This document shows positions 11,280 to 24,920 of a stretch of 64,000 nucleotides of DNA, piece after piece. Each line of letters starts with the position of its first letter. Position 1 is the stretch's first letter. Location: the NCBI RefSeq assembly GCF_046119375.1, contig NW_027362761.1:499472001-499536000 (forward strand), written 5' to 3'. The DNA is from Phyllobates terribilis. Lineage: Eukaryota. A model generated the notes under the pieces. That model did not search any database. It was given only the letters and a program-made list of their open reading frames with translations, and had not been told where the DNA came from. The translations under genes were made by a program, and so were the position numbers.

Positions 11280-14230
11280 GTAGCCTCTGCATCCCCGGGT
11301 GGAAAGCCTTCGTCTGAAGTCATGGTGTTTGAGTTGCAGCTGCTTAGGACTAAAGACGTTTGCAAAAATTTGATTTCCTCTTTGCTGAAAGAAAGTTACT
11401 ACTGATATCTATGGCAGATATGGAAGAGTTTTTTTGTTATTTTAAACTTTTCCGGTATAAACCTCTTTTAAAATAATCCGGTCCCATGGTCTCAGATTTT
11501 GGGATCTAGAATTGAGCCTTTTAGTTAATGACCTTAAAGAAGCACTTTTCCCATCAAAGTTTGTATCCTATTACTATATTGCAATCACATTATATAGCAC
11601 TGTGTACTTACAATTGCTCATTTTGCCTTTTTACCTAGCTAATTCTTCTTGTTAGAAAGAGTTTCAGGTGTTGTGGAATCCTGTGTTAAGGAGGCACTTC
11701 CCCGTGAGTTGTCCCCTTTGGGATTTCACCTAACTGCTAGCATAAAAGAACGTATTTGGAGAACTGACGATATAGATTTATTGTTTCCTTTTGCAAATGA
11801 GGATGTTGTGTGTGATAAAAAAGACAAAAAGAATGATGCAGAAGAGAGGAAACGTATTTTGCCAAGGTTGTTCAACAACTGACTCCAAGCCTTTGGTATA
11901 TATGCTTCTGTTTTAGGTGAAAATTGCCTGGATCAATGCCACAGTCTTTTTTAACATGTTTAATATTGTTTTAGAAGTATATCGCAATTTCGGCAGCATG
12001 GCATGGTTCATGAGATGTTTAGACAAAAATTGGCTGTGTATCCGTCACTTTAGTGGGGTAACAAAGACGTACTGTAGGTCTGTGGTTGAATGTCATTCTT
12101 CCGCAAAGATCTATGCATCTCTATTGTAGATTATCCCCCTTGGGTATTTGTCCCTAAGAAGGTACCAGGTTCGTTTAGATGAATTCATCTTTTATCATTT
12201 CTTTCTGAATTTTCTTTGAATGATGAAGAGAATAAGGCTGGGTGCCCACGTAGCGTTTTTCAAGCGTTTATGCTGCGGAATTTCCGCAGCGGAAACGCTT
12301 GTGAAACGCTAGGTAATCCGCACCCCATGGTCCTCAAGGGGATTCCGCATGTTCTATGCACATGCTGCGGATTTTTCCGCAGCGTTTATGCTGCGTACAA
12401 AAATCCGCAGCATGTCATTTAATTTTGCGTTAGCGCAGCGGAACTCCTGCCATTGACTTGCATAGAAACCGCGACTGTACATTTCTACAAGCGGCTTCTA
12501 TGCGTTTCTATGTGCGGATGGTACCCAGTTCTGGAGGAGAGGAGACTCTCATCCAGACCTGGGTACCATTGTACCTGTAAAAAAAGAATAAAATAACAAA
12601 GTTATATTCACCTGTCCGGCGTCTTCTCTCTGAATGCCGGCATCGCTTGAGGACCTGCGGTGACGTCACAGTCATGTGACCGCAGGCCCTTCACCGCTCT
12701 GTCTCGCCATATGCCGGCAGCCGGGAACCAGACAGGAACGAGCGCTGCTGCACACACCGGGGCCTCGGGGGTGAGTATAGCTTTATTTGTTTTAATTTTT
12801 ACGGTTCACACTGTATAAATCCATGCCGGTTGCATGGATTTATACAGTGTGACCTAGTTGTCAAGCACTTTCCAAGTGATGCTAAAATCGCCTGGAAAGC
12901 GCTTGTCAATCTGGATGTGGATCCGCATGTGAATCTGCATGTGGATCCGCATGTATTCTGCAGGAAAAACGCATGCACAATCTGCATGCGTTTTTTCTGC
13001 CAGGGAGATGCAGAAATGCTGCAGAAATTTTCTGCTTCATTTCTGCATCGTGGGCACATAGCCTAAGTCTAATGCTTCACTCATGATGAAGCGTTAGCAT
13101 TGTTCTGGGTTTTTGGCAATGTTGCATTGTTAGCCAATGCCAATATAAAATCTGCTTTTAGACTCCTTCCGGTTTACCCGGATGGTTTTAGTTGTTTGGC
13201 CTTTCAATTTGATGGGAATTTTTATTTTGACAGATGCCTTCCAGTGGGTTTTTCTTTATCTTGTTTTTATTTTAAAGGTTTCTTTAGTTTTTTACAGTGA
13301 GTATTGCAGCAGTATATTACGGAAGGAGGAGTCCTTCACTATCTTGATCATTTTTTATTTGTTGGTAATTCTAAATCTGATTTATGCTATTTCCTATTGC
13401 AGAAATTTACAGATATGTGTGCTTCCTTGGGATTCCTTTAGCTGAGTAGAAAACAGTATACACTTGTTCCTGTTTGGAATTTTTAGACATCATTATAGAC
13501 ACAGAGAAAATGGAGTTTAGATTGAAGGACTCAAAACTAATTAAAATAAGGTCATCGGTAAAGTCTGTGTTAGCCAGGAGGAAGACAACACTAAAGGAGA
13601 TGCAATCTTTATTAAGCCTTCTAAATTTTGCCCTAAAAGTTATTCCAATGGGAATGGTTTTCTCCAGAAGACTTTACTTATTGATTAGAGGATTAAAGTC
13701 TCCTTATGCACATATTAGGTTAAACAAACAGCTAAAAGATGATCTCAGGGTGTGGTCGCAATTTTTAGCAAAATTTAATAGGCGCAGCTGTTGGCAGCAC
13801 AATTTTATTGAGGAGGAATCCTTGAATTTATTTACAGATGCAGTTGATATGTCGCTTTTTTTATCGGAAATGGTCTGCGGAGGTGTTGCCTGTGTCATGG
13901 ATCATTAATATGGTTGTTAAAAATATTGTTGTTGAACTGTTTCCGGTGGTAGTAGCTATAGTCATTTGGGGAGAGGCATTTAAAGATAGGAGAATTTAGA
14001 TTCATAGTGACAATAAAGCGGTAGTATTTGCAGTCAATACTTTGTCTTCAACGTGTTATGTGTCAGTCACGTTACTGAATATAACATATGGTTAAAGGCG
14101 AAGCAAGGATTCTTTTTTTCTTGCTAGGGACTCCTGGCCGTTATGTAGACATTTTAGGCTCTTTGACAAATACTCTTTTTCTTAGGGAATTTATTCTAGA
14201 GAATTTAACAAAAATTTTAACATTTTAGTC
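11280..14230 (+). mobile_element. Highly degenerate Ngaro/DIRS-group retrotransposon remnant
   Basis: ORF1-like SPLGFHL...IKERIW and NNxLQAFGIYASVLGE; RT-like IKSAFRLLPV, FYFDRCLP.G and HYLDHFLFVG; RNase H LFTDA. Many stops and deletions; boundaries approximate. Confidence 0.7.
12236..13063. mobile_element. PIF/Harbinger-like MITE (3-bp TAA TSD)
   Basis: taa|ggctgggtgcccacg ... cgtgggcacatagcc|taa. Internal 20-bp perfect hairpin at 12807-12851. Same family as 38232-39042 and 43633-45853. Confidence 0.8.
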
Positions 14231-14394
14231 ATGGAAATTAAAATCTAATATAAATATTAATTTAAATAAAATTGGTTCATTTACTGGATTTTAATCCATT
14301 AAATATAATTTACATTAAAACAAATCCATAAAACAGTCTCACTCAGAGAACCTTTGCTGGGATCCTGGAAATACAGCAGTATGATAACCAGTAT

Positions 14395-14677
14395 TCACCT
14401 ATACACAAGACCTAAGTGAGCCTCAGGATAAAACCGTCTAGATTTTTCTGTCAGGTAGTCCACACTGAACCCAAGATCTTTCATGTTGAAACAGTAAGTC
14501 CTTAGGTCTCTTAGCTCAGAACGTAGGGCAGTTTCCTCCAATTTCCTGACCAGGGCTTGAAGTTCGGTGTTGAGTTTTTGCAGAGCTTCATTTTCATAGT
14601 GCAGAATGTTCTTCTCTTTTATGGCGAGGTCACGTTCCCATTTGGCTAGAGTTATCTTCTCCTCAAGTTCTTGCAGT
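14395..14677 (-). CDS. CARD-coiled-coil gene, coding exon 5 (coiled coil, TGA stop)
   Basis: Acceptor ttacag|A completes the phase-2 codon from exon 4. Open frame LQELEEKITLAKWERDLAIKEKNILHYENEALQKLNTELQALVRKLEE...VYR*, 283 nt. An AG|gtgaat donor overlaps the stop, so further exons are possible. Confidence 0.75.
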
Positions 14678-14954
14678 CTGTAAGTTCATGAATATACAGA
14701 CAGTTGTAATAGACGAGTAACAATATAAATTGCAGTTCTTTAAATGTTGGTTCTGGTTTCTATTATAAAGCATCATCTGATATGACGGTTAGTCATAGGG
14801 GTCATACAAAAGTCTCATTTCTGCCATACTAATAAATTATAAGGCAGACATGTGAACCTACAGATGAAAGCTAATCCATTCTTATAACCCTATAAACTTC
14901 CTTTATTGTGAAGGTGCTAGTTTCTTATTTGATCCAGCCTTGTCTGCTCTAAAG

Positions 14955-15125
14955 ACCAACCATTAAAAGTATATTTATTATTATAGTTCCATTTATTCCA
15001 TGGCACTTTACATGTGAAAGGGGGTATACATACAAAAATAATTACAATAATCTTGAACAAAATGTGATGGCGACTGGTACAGGAGGAGCGAGGACCCTGC
15101 CCTCGAGGGCTCACAGTCTTATAGG
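14955..15125 (-). mobile_element. L2/CR1-group LINE 3-prime end fragment
   Basis: atttattattatag..ccatttattccatggc matches the tail of the longer LINE at 18450. Confidence 0.6.
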
Positions 15126-16208
15126 GATTGTGTTCAAAAACATTTTCAATTTGGTCTCAGGGTATAGATATTTGGGTACAATGTTTTGGAGATCCAGACG
15201 CACATATTTGTTCTTTAGAAGTTTTAAAGTGATTTTCGGAAAAAAACATCTGATCACTGCAAACCCCACCAAACACTAGAACTGAGCTCCCTGTTTTTTT
15301 TTCAGTCTATTAATTGATAGGGGTGCAGCGATCAGACATTTATTACCTATGACAGGTGATAAATGTCTGTCCAGGGAAACCCTTTTTAAAGTGATGAGTC
15401 CAGGATAGGTAATGTAAGAGGAGTGATAAAGGCCGTTTATGTCAAGAGCCAGATCTAGCGGAGACCAGATTTAGTCTACATCCTAAAGGGTCTTCCAATC
15501 TGGACATCAATTTTCCATCTGCACTATTAGGGCATATTAATTTTATCAAGGAGTAAAGTCCATTCAGGACCATCCTATTAGCTACAGAGAGTATTATACA
15601 GTGTGACTTCATAATATATGGTCACTGATTCATTGGCGTGGCCGCTCTGTGATACAACAGTAGCCTGTGCTAGAGAAATACCACAAGCATTTCAGATAAA
15701 TTCTTCTGCCTATGAGGGACAGAAGGAAAAAAAACATGTCTGCTTATAGTCTGAAGGGTCTTTTTATAGATATCATAGACTAATTAATTGTGAATTGCTT
15801 GTTATTACTATGGGACGATACCAAACCAGCCCAACTCTGAATCCAGTTTAGGCAACCCCTAATGATCTGAAAGGATCCACAATGATTTGTTGATCAATGG
15901 AAGAATTAATTGATATTAATGAACTTAAAGCTCTGGATTCCCTTCCTGAGGAAATGTTATTTTCCGCTGCTGCGGCTGATAGAAGTCCTGAGCAATGAAC
16001 TCCTTGTTATTACAGGGCAGATGAAGACCTGCACCCTTCCTACCCAAACCAGACAGGATTACTTTTGGTTTTCCCTTTTTAGAAATGTAACAGATGTATA
16101 GTATATTTGTTTTACAAGACTCGATTACAACATTCATTGAGTGCACAATCGGGTCAGAATTGGAGCTCCTTTACAATGACATTATTGATGTATAGCATGA
16201 TGACGTAC

Positions 16209-16344
16209 TTGGTCATGAATTTGCTTTGCATCCTTTGAATTTTCCTCCTCAGCTGCACATTTTCTTCTTTGAGTTTCTTGTCATATTCCTTATGTAGCAT
16301 AATGGCTTCACTTAGGATGTGTTTATGTTGTGAAATGGATGATA
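16209..16344 (-). CDS. CARD-coiled-coil gene, coding exon 4
   Basis: Polypyrimidine acceptor ...tttctcctaag| and donor AA|gtacgt. 136 nt, phase 1 in and phase 2 out; SSISQHKHILSEAIMLHKEYDKKLKEENVQLRRKIQRMQSKFMT. Confidence 0.8.
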
Positions 16345-17444
16345 CTTAGGAGAAATTGTGGAAAAGAAAAGTTTACAACACAATAAGAAAGCCCATCAGC
16401 GACTATAAGTGTACAAATAGCTTGCCGACTACTCAGCCAATATAACTATTGTTCTTCTAGTAGCATTACCTTCAATCCCCTCTATGTGCTTGCACCCTTG
16501 GGCCAAATGAGTGTGTATGTTTATTCAATGAGGTGAGAGGAATTAGTCATTTACATGCTCCTCTGGTAGTGGATTTTCTTCTGCATGTGAAAAGAATCAG
16601 GCATGTTGAAATCAAACGTGCCTGATCCTTATTTCCACTGACATCTGCCATTGGTGAGATGGACAGGAGACACCCACTCTATTGAACAGGGGGTTTGGTT
16701 CACAATTATGTAATGTGTATGGCGACATTTAGTTATAACAAAGTATTTCAATCAATTGTCATCTGCAAAAAAAAACACAACATAGAAGTTTCCATAGTGG
16801 GTTAAAAAATAACATACACCCATCAATTTCCATCTGTATTTATAATAGAGAGATTTAGGGGCAAAGAATGTTTGAAAATGATCTTACATCAATAATGCAA
16901 ATTACAAGCCTGATATTTCCATGTAGGACAAGTATGGTCCTCCCAAGCAAGTGTCCCTCTTTGTATCTGCTCTCCACCCTGACCAAGAGATGAGGAACAG
17001 GGAATACCTTTTTTAACTCTTAAAATGTATATGAAAATGTGTTTCTAAACCAAAAGAAGCCCTTTGAGCACAACCAGGACTTGCCTTAGATGGCACCATG
17101 CTGGATGTTTTTTTTTAGTGCCTCTTTCCACCAGCCCAACATCTGTAAATTACTTCTAATCAAACAATAGGTGAGGAGAAGCTTCTCCAAATTTTAATAC
17201 CCATCATGAATCAAGTGTCATTATAGCTGTTTTTCGAAAAGCTGCTTACTTCTCCTTGTACAGTCTGTGAGTTCAGATGATAGTGTCTTTGGCTGGAGGG
17301 GAGACAGACCTGGCATTCCCTTCGCTCGGTTAGAGTGTGTGGTGACACTGGTCATGCACCTCTAAATCCAGCTCTGGTCACAGCATTTGAGGAAATTTTC
17401 AAAAGAGTTAAGATGAGGGTCTCCTTGACAAATAGTCATCTTAC

Positions 17445-17610
17445 CTTCAGGTAACAAAGGTGTTTTGTTTATTGCTTTCTGTAAAACTTGTGCAAGGTGA
17501 TGGTGACCAGTCTCATGAAGTACGACACAGAAGGATGTGAACATGTGATGGTCCTTGCTTTTTAGCACTTCGATAAGTTTGGCAACTTTCCGATCTGAAG
17601 ACTCCTCAAG
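17445..17610 (-). CDS. CARD-coiled-coil gene, coding exon 3 (C-terminal half of CARD)
   Basis: LEESSDRKVAKLIEVLKSKDHHMFTSFCVVLHETGHHHLAQVLQ resembles CARD helices 4-6. Donor G|gtaaga; acceptor ataaag| is non-optimal (AAG). 166 nt, phase 0 in and phase 1 out. Confidence 0.75.
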
Positions 17611-19058
17611 CTTTATTTTGTAATACATAGACAGATAAGGTAAAATATTGGTTTACATAGAGAGTTCATGTAAAATAACTAGAAATGGATACATAGTGAT
17701 GTGGCTTCTATCAGTTGACTTCATTTTTCCTACACTGAATGCAATTTTTAGAGGCACATGTCCTTTCACTATTGAAGCCTCTCTATGGAAAACACGTGAT
17801 CGGGGAGTGTGACATGAAATGAAGCGATCAAGTTTTACATGATTCGGTTTCAATGTGCATATACATTAGTATGGGAAAATCGAGACATCTGAGTGACTTT
17901 GAGACATGGTCATCGGTTTTGGAGTAGCTGAGGCCAGTGTTTAAAAAAACTGCCAATATTATGTGGTTTTCAGCCAATGGTGTGTATAAGAGTATATCGA
18001 GGATGGTGTGATCAAGAAAGAACATCCAGCAAAAAGACATCCCGAGAACATAAAAAATTAGTCACCGAAAGTGGTCAGAGGAGGCTGTCATGAATTGATC
18101 TGAAGAACAGGCAGTGCATACTTCAAATTGCTTTATGCTCTGTGATACCTTTACAGACACAGTAGGGCTTATCTATGCATATTGGCCACTAAGTTCATCC
18201 GTTCATAGCAGCCGTTTATCCTACTGCTGAAGAATGCTTTCAGTAGGACAATCCACCATGCCATAAGGGTCGTGTAATCATGGACTGGAACATGACAGCA
18301 AGTTCCGTTTCTTTCTTAGCCCTAAAAGACCCTTTACAAATTTGATAGCTATATCTCCCAACTACCCCATACATACTCCGCTGAGAACTCCTGTCTTTAT
18401 GAGAGAGTTGCTGCTAAATTCATCTGGTAGCAGCTCATCTCCAGGAAATTTATTATTTATTATTATAGCGCCATTTATTCCATGGCTCTTTAAATGTGAA
18501 AAGGGGTAGGTGAGTGTAGAGCTGGTCGTGCAGCGATATGCTGCAGCGGTGGTTACTGCAGGTTGTAGGCTTGTCGGAAGAGGTAGATCTTCAGGTTCCT
18601 TTTGAAGGTTTACACGGTAGACGAGAGTCTGATATGTTAAGGTAGAGAGTTCCAGAGTAGGGGGGGTGCACGGGAGAAATCTTGTATGCGAATGTGGGAA
18701 GATAAGATAAGAGGGGAATAGAGAAGGAAATCTTGTGAGGATCGTAGGTTGCGTGCAGGTAAGTACCGGGAGACTAAGTCACAGATGTATGTGGATGGCT
18801 TTGTATGCCGTGGTTAGGGTTTTCAACTGGAGTCTGTGGACAGTGAGGAGCCAGTGAAGGGATTGACAGAGGGGATAGGCCAGGGAATAGTGAAGGGACA
18901 GGTGGATTTGTCTGTCAGCAGAGTTTAGGATAGATTGGAGGGGTGCGAGAGTGGTAAAAGGGAGGCCACAGAGCAGGAGGTTGCAGTAGTCGAGGCAGGA
19001 GATGATGAGAGCATGTACTAGGGTTTTTGCAGATTCTTGATTAAGGAATATACGGATC

Positions 19059-20030
19059 TGTGACGATACAGCCTATAATCTTAATAAGCCAGACGTTTAG
19101 ATTTGTTAATCCAAGAGAAATACACTATTATCTTTGTGTTGACTTCTATTGCTCTGTGGAACAATGAATGTTTGCTAATTATGTTGATTAACCTTTGTGG
19201 ACCCTGTGACTTATTGACTCACAAGACAGGAGGACAAACTAAGCAAATTCATTAAATGCTTAAACAATGAGACATGAGGCTGCCCTTTCCCCCCCAACCT
19301 GTAGATGTATACTTAAAAAGGACATGTGCTTCTGTAGCAGGGGAGACTTGGAACAGAAATTAGAAAGAGACTTTACAGAGAGAGTCAAGGTTCAGACTCT
19401 GTCACACCATCAGCTTGGAAGCATAGCTTTACCTAAAGAGACACATATTTGGATTCTACATGATTCTAGTCTAAGGGTATATAGCCCTGACTGGAAAGAT
19501 GCTGATCTTCTCCATTGACCATCAGAGAGACCATGGATACATTTGGGGAGACCAGGTTGGGACGATGAAGTCACCTGGCCCCATGGATATGTTTGGGGTT
19601 GCCAGATGGGACCCTCCAGTCGTCTGGAACCCATGGAGACATTCGGAGAAGCTAGATTGAGACCAGCTGGTCATCTGTTACCATGGAAACTCTCGGAGAG
19701 GCCAGCGTGGGACCCTCTGGTCTCCTGGCCTAGTACATCGATGGACTGTCGGCTTCCTAAGCTTGCCGCTACCTTCTTTCTGTGGGGGCCCTCCAGAAGC
19801 AGGGGGCCACTGGTTGAGGTAGTTGGCCCTGGAAGTCCCAAAGTCGCAGCTGTTCTCGCCCGGGCAGAGCGGACGGGTGAGACTGTGTAATGTTGTACCA
19901 TCTTGGGTATTCGCTGTGACTGTTCTGTGTGTTTATTGGCCGCTTTATGGTTCAATAAAGTATTGCCATGCTGTTTTACCCTAACCCAGTGTTTGAGTAT
20001 GACACCCACGGAATACCCCGGGTCTTCACA
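19059..20030 (+). mobile_element. Solo LTR (972 bp) with 5-bp TSD GGATC
   Basis: ggatc|TGTGAC ... cttcaCA|ggatc, with an AATAAA at ~19954. It splits the LINE cleanly. Confidence 0.8.
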
Positions 20031-20325
20031 GGATCCCGGAAATATTGTTGAGTTGGAGTCAGCAGGAAGTGGAAAGGGCTTGGATATGTGGTTTGAAGAA
20101 GAGATTAGAGTCCACGGTTACCCCGAGGCAGCGAGCTTGCGGGACTGGGGAGAGTGAGCAGCCATTTACTTTAATGTATAGGTCTGTTGATTGAGATGAG
20201 GGAAAGATGATGAATTCTGTTTTGTCCATGTTAAGTTTTAGAAATCTAGCATAGAAGGGTGAGATAGCGGACAGACATTGTGGGATTTTGGTTAGTAAGG
20301 ACGTGATATCGGGTCCAGAGAGGTA

Positions 20326-21895
20326 CAGTGACAAGCAAAAGGGTAACAATGTTTTGAACTTTTGCCTTCTAATACTGCTTCGAATGTGAGACTTTCATCA
20401 TTTTATAGACAATCATCTTGGCTATCTCATACATAAATTTGACTTGCAACTATTTAGCATATGATTAATTTTGCAGATTTTTGTCATATCACTGCATTGT
20501 TACTGTTTAGATCCTAAAAATCAAAATTGTAATTTTAATTATTTTGCTAGTATTTTGTAAATCCACCTTTTGCTTTCAACACTGCCTGAATCCTTCTGGG
20601 CATGCTCTCGATCAGATTCAAGCATGTCTTGACCAAAATTTGATCCCAGGTCTCTTCTAGGCTTTTCCAAAGTTGGTGGATACTGGTCGACTCACTTAGG
20701 TATGTATACAGTTTTTTCTTCAACTTTACTCACAAGTGTTTATTTGGGTTGAAGTCTAGGGACTGTGGGGACCAATCCAGCACCTCTGCTTCATTATCAT
20801 TGAACCATTTCTTTGCCAATCTTGATGTATGCTTTGGGTCATTGTCCTGCTGGAACACTGTCATCCTTTTCATACCCATAGTACTCAAGTGTATGAAGTA
20901 ATTCGTCTTGTAGGATACTCGCCTATAGCTCAGCATTGAGATCATCATAAATCCTGGTCAAGTTTCCAACGCCTTTGGCTGTGAAACAACCCCATATCAT
21001 AAGGCATCCTTCACTAAACATGACAGTTCCTTCAAATTCGCAATTCGTTAGCCTCTTTTTCCCTTTTTTCTTCATTTGCACTCATCAGAGCTTAGCCCAT
21101 TGACTTTCGTCTCATCACTTAAAATCACTAGTTTCCAATCTTCAACTGTCCACTTTTCGTACTTTTTTGCAAACTTGAGCCGACGCTTCTTATGATGGTA
21201 TTGAAGTCGAGGCTTCTTCACCTTGTTTCAAGCCACTATTCCAGACTTGTGTAATGTGCATTGCATGGTGCTTGCTTGCACGTCTGTGGTCTCACTATAA
21301 GAAAGCATACGAGCCACTCCACTGCCACATTTGTCACGCCAGAATTGATAGATCTTGTGATGAACCAACTTGTTGACTTCAATATTTTGCCTGGACATCC
21401 ACCTCTTGGCTTTTGAATGGATGGACAGACTTCATTTTGTATTCTTCCAACTGTAATGGCACTCGCATAATGCAGTTTGTCAATTTTCTTGGCCGAGAGA
21501 CCGCTATTGATGAGCTGGATTATGCTGTTTCTCTTTTCTTAAGAAATCTTCTTCATGGCTACTTCTCTATTCGAACCAGTGACCTCTCACTTGGGAATCA
21601 ATCTAATAACACACTGAGCTATTAGGGAATGTGAGAACAGATTGTATTTTGTAGTATACAGAAAGAAAAATACTTTTCCACCACCAGGAGCAAAACAGTA
21701 ACAATGTAGTGACATGACAAGAATCCGCATAACTAATCATATGCAAAATATTTGCAAGTCAAATTTATGTATTAGATAGCCAATATGATAGTCTATAAAA
21801 TGATGGTAGTCTCATGTTTGAATCAGTCGTGGATTTTGAGATATGGAGCCTGAAGGTCAAAAGTTCAAAACATTGTTCCCTTTTGCTCGTTACTG
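20326..21895 (-). mobile_element. Tc1-like element (degenerate) inside the LINE
   Basis: TA|cagtgacaagcaaaagggtaacaatgttttgaacttttg versus caaaagttcaaaacattgttcccttttgctcgttactg|TA; QQDNDPKH on the minus strand. Confidence 0.85.
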
Positions 21896-24800
21896 TAGAT
21901 CTGTGTGTCATCAACATTAAGGTGATACTGAAATCTGTAGTAAAAGGGAATGGTTAACTGTGTCAAAAGCAGAGGACAGGTCCAGGAAGAGGAGGACAGA
22001 GTAGTGTTGCTTGGATTTGGCAGTTAGGTCATTGGTGAGTTTAGTCAGGGCAGTTTCAGTGGAGTGATGTGGTCGGAAGCCAGATTGTAAGCTGTCAAAG
22101 AGGAAGCAGCAGGAGAGGTGGGAGGACAGTTCAAGATGGAAGTGTTGTTCCAGTAGTTTTGAGGCGTAGGGGAGAAGTGATATGGGGCGATAGCTAGACA
22201 CAAAGGGTAAGTCAAGGGAGGGCTTTTTGAGGATTGATGTGATTGAGGCTTGTTTGAAGCATAAGAGAAAAACACCAGTTGTTAGTGACAGGTTGAAGAG
22301 ATGGGTTAAGTTTGGGATGAGATGGGATCGGGTCGAGTGCACATGTGGTGAGGATGTGATCTTGAGAGTAGAGAGGAAAGTTGATCTTCTGTAATGGTGG
22401 AGAAGCTGGTTTTTGAGGGGATGGGCTGAGTAGTTATGAGGAGGGACTGTGGGAGCTGTAGGCCAAAGCTTTCTCTGATGTTATCGATCTGCTTGAAGAA
22501 TGAGGCAAAGTCTTCAGCTGAGAGGAGAGCGAAGAGGTGCTGGGGAATGGAGGAGAGAATTGAAAAGGTTGAATAGCTGTTTAGGCTTGTGAGACAGGGA
22601 GAATATGAGAGATGAGAAGTAGGTTTGTTTTGCTACAGTGAGTGTGGACTTGAAAGTAGTGAGGGACTGTTTTAATGTTATGAAGTGCTCATTGGAATGG
22701 GATCTTTTCCATCTCCGCTCAATAACCCTGGAAGTCCGCCTCAGTTCTTTAGTCAGGCTGGTGTGCCAGGGTTGCCTGTTGATTTTGCGAGCTTTGGTAT
22801 GTGTGAGGGGGGCGACCGATTCGAGAGCTGCAGCTGTTGCAGTGTTATATAAAGCGGCAGCAGCATCTGCATTGTGTAAGGAACTTATGTTTGCCAGAGG
22901 GAGAAGGGATTCAGAGAGTGAGTGCAGATCAAGGTGTTTAAGATTTCTGTGAGGGTGTGCAACATTGTGGACCTGGAGAGGAGAGGGAAGAGAATGTAAG
23001 TAGGCTATGATCAGAAAGAGGGCGAGGTGAGCTAGAGAGGTTAGAAGGGGAACAGAGGCGGGTGAAGATGAGGTCCAGTATGTGGCCATCTTTGTGAGTG
23101 GCTGCGGGCGACCATTGAGCGAGGCCAAAGGACAAAGTGATAGAAGTTTAGAGACAGCTGAGTGGGAAGTGTCAATGGGGATGTTGAAGTCACCCATGAT
23201 GATAGTGGGGATGTCAGCGGAAAAGAAATGAAGTAGCCAGGTGGCAAAGTGGTCGAAGAAGGTGGTAGCTGGCCCTCGGGCGCGGTAAATGACAGCCAGT
23301 TGGAGAGGGGGTAGATGTGCACAGAGTGCACCTCAAAACAAGGGAGAGCACCAGAGAGTGGCAGTGGAACTTGGGTGAATAAAAGGATCAGCCATTTGAA
23401 AACCAACAAGCTGGATTCTTCTCTCCCCTATCATCTGTCGTGAAAGAGTCCAGAGTACACATTAGACTGCCAGCCGATCTAGCCGATATCTAGTCTAATG
23501 TGTATGGAGCCCGAACAGTCCACTGATCTTAATCTTACAGAGCATCTCTGAGACAAGATAGAACAGAATGTTTAGATCATATTAGTGCAGTCATCTTATT
23601 TGCGGCAACTACAAAAAGCCATCCTGTCCACATATACCGATATGTTGTGTAGAAAAATGTCAACACTTAAAAGGATATTCACATCTCCAACATCCTGTCC
23701 CAAAATGTAGTAGGTGTAAAAATAATAATATTAGCAATGTAGTATAATTCTTCTGATTAGCTATGTCGCTTACCCCTTGTGCACAACATTGCAGTAGCTT
23801 AGGTCTCCATGGTTATGACCACAATCAACTAACTATCACTATATGAGTGGTCGTAACCTTGGATACTGTAATGACCTGCACATGGGGTAAGCAACCTAGA
23901 AATGTAGTATAGTTCTAGTTCTTCTGATTAGCTATGTCGCTTATCCCATGTGCAGTGCATTGCAGTAGCTTAGGTATCAATGGTTACGACCACTCATATA
24001 GTTACAGTTAATTGTTAGTGGTCATCAAAACCATGGATACCTAAGCTACTGCAATGCCCTGCCCTTGGGATAAGCAACATAGCTAATTAAAAAAACTATA
24101 CTACATTTAAAATTGGAGGTGTTTGCTAATATTACTATTGTTACATCTAGAAAACCAAAGTAGACCAAGCCAAACCAAGTCGGCAAAAAAAGGGTATACA
24201 GTGTTAAGAGAACCAGACAGAGAAAAATATACCCAATAAAAATTAATTTTTAATTAATTATAATTACCATTAAAAGTGTCCTTAATAGTCCAAATGGGAC
24301 ACATCATAACTAAACATATCAGATAAAAACATATGGGGGAGAAATAAGGATGCCAGGATATACAGACAAGCTTGCCCTATATGGCCCTTATAAGGTAAAT
24401 ACCCTACCTAACAGCGGAGTGTTTTCACCCTAACGAACGGTTTGGTGTCCCCGCTCCACGAAGGCTGTCCCTTGTCTGACACTAAATCTCCCTAAACAGA
24501 CACACAATTTAAATTTCATAGGTATTGACCAAAATCAGTCATGCCATTATTAACATGCTAAATATTTATGTTAAATGGGGGAAGAAGTGAAAAAAACAGA
24601 GGGAAATATATCCCATAAATATTTATCAGTAGGATCATAGCCAGTCCTCCACCATTAGTGCACATAGGTGGGGGCCGTACAAACAAACACGAACACCCCC
24701 AAACGTTTAAACAGATATAGATTGGTTGGGACTATTTCTAATGGACACTTTTGCTTATGGGTCTACACCAGTGATTTTCAACCTTTTTTGAGCCGCGGCA

Positions 24801-24920
24801 CACTTTTTATACTTAGAAAATCCTGGGGCACACCACCAACCAAAATAGCACAAAATGACACTAAAACAGTCATATTATACATATAGTTAATAATATAGAT
24901 TCTAAATTTATTTTACTCAC

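Larger units (their letters stand above)
18450..23385 (-). mobile_element. L2/CR1-group LINE, 5-prime truncated, interrupted by a solo LTR and a Tc1
   Basis: APE endonuclease remnant (MGDFNIPID, GHILDLIF) at 22514-23409; RT ([24 protein letters not shown]) at 21917-22342; RT C-terminus (LKLNMDKTE, RCLGVT) at 20059-20325; AT-rich tail at ~18450. Confidence 0.85.

Noticed and set aside
17362-17853. Single-exon ORFs 17362-17628 and 17653-17853 as the gene start, or a CARD pseudogene with a premature TAA
   Set aside because: The missing CARD half is encoded at 33751-33890 and splices in phase to 17610, so the TAA and the upstream ATG are intronic.
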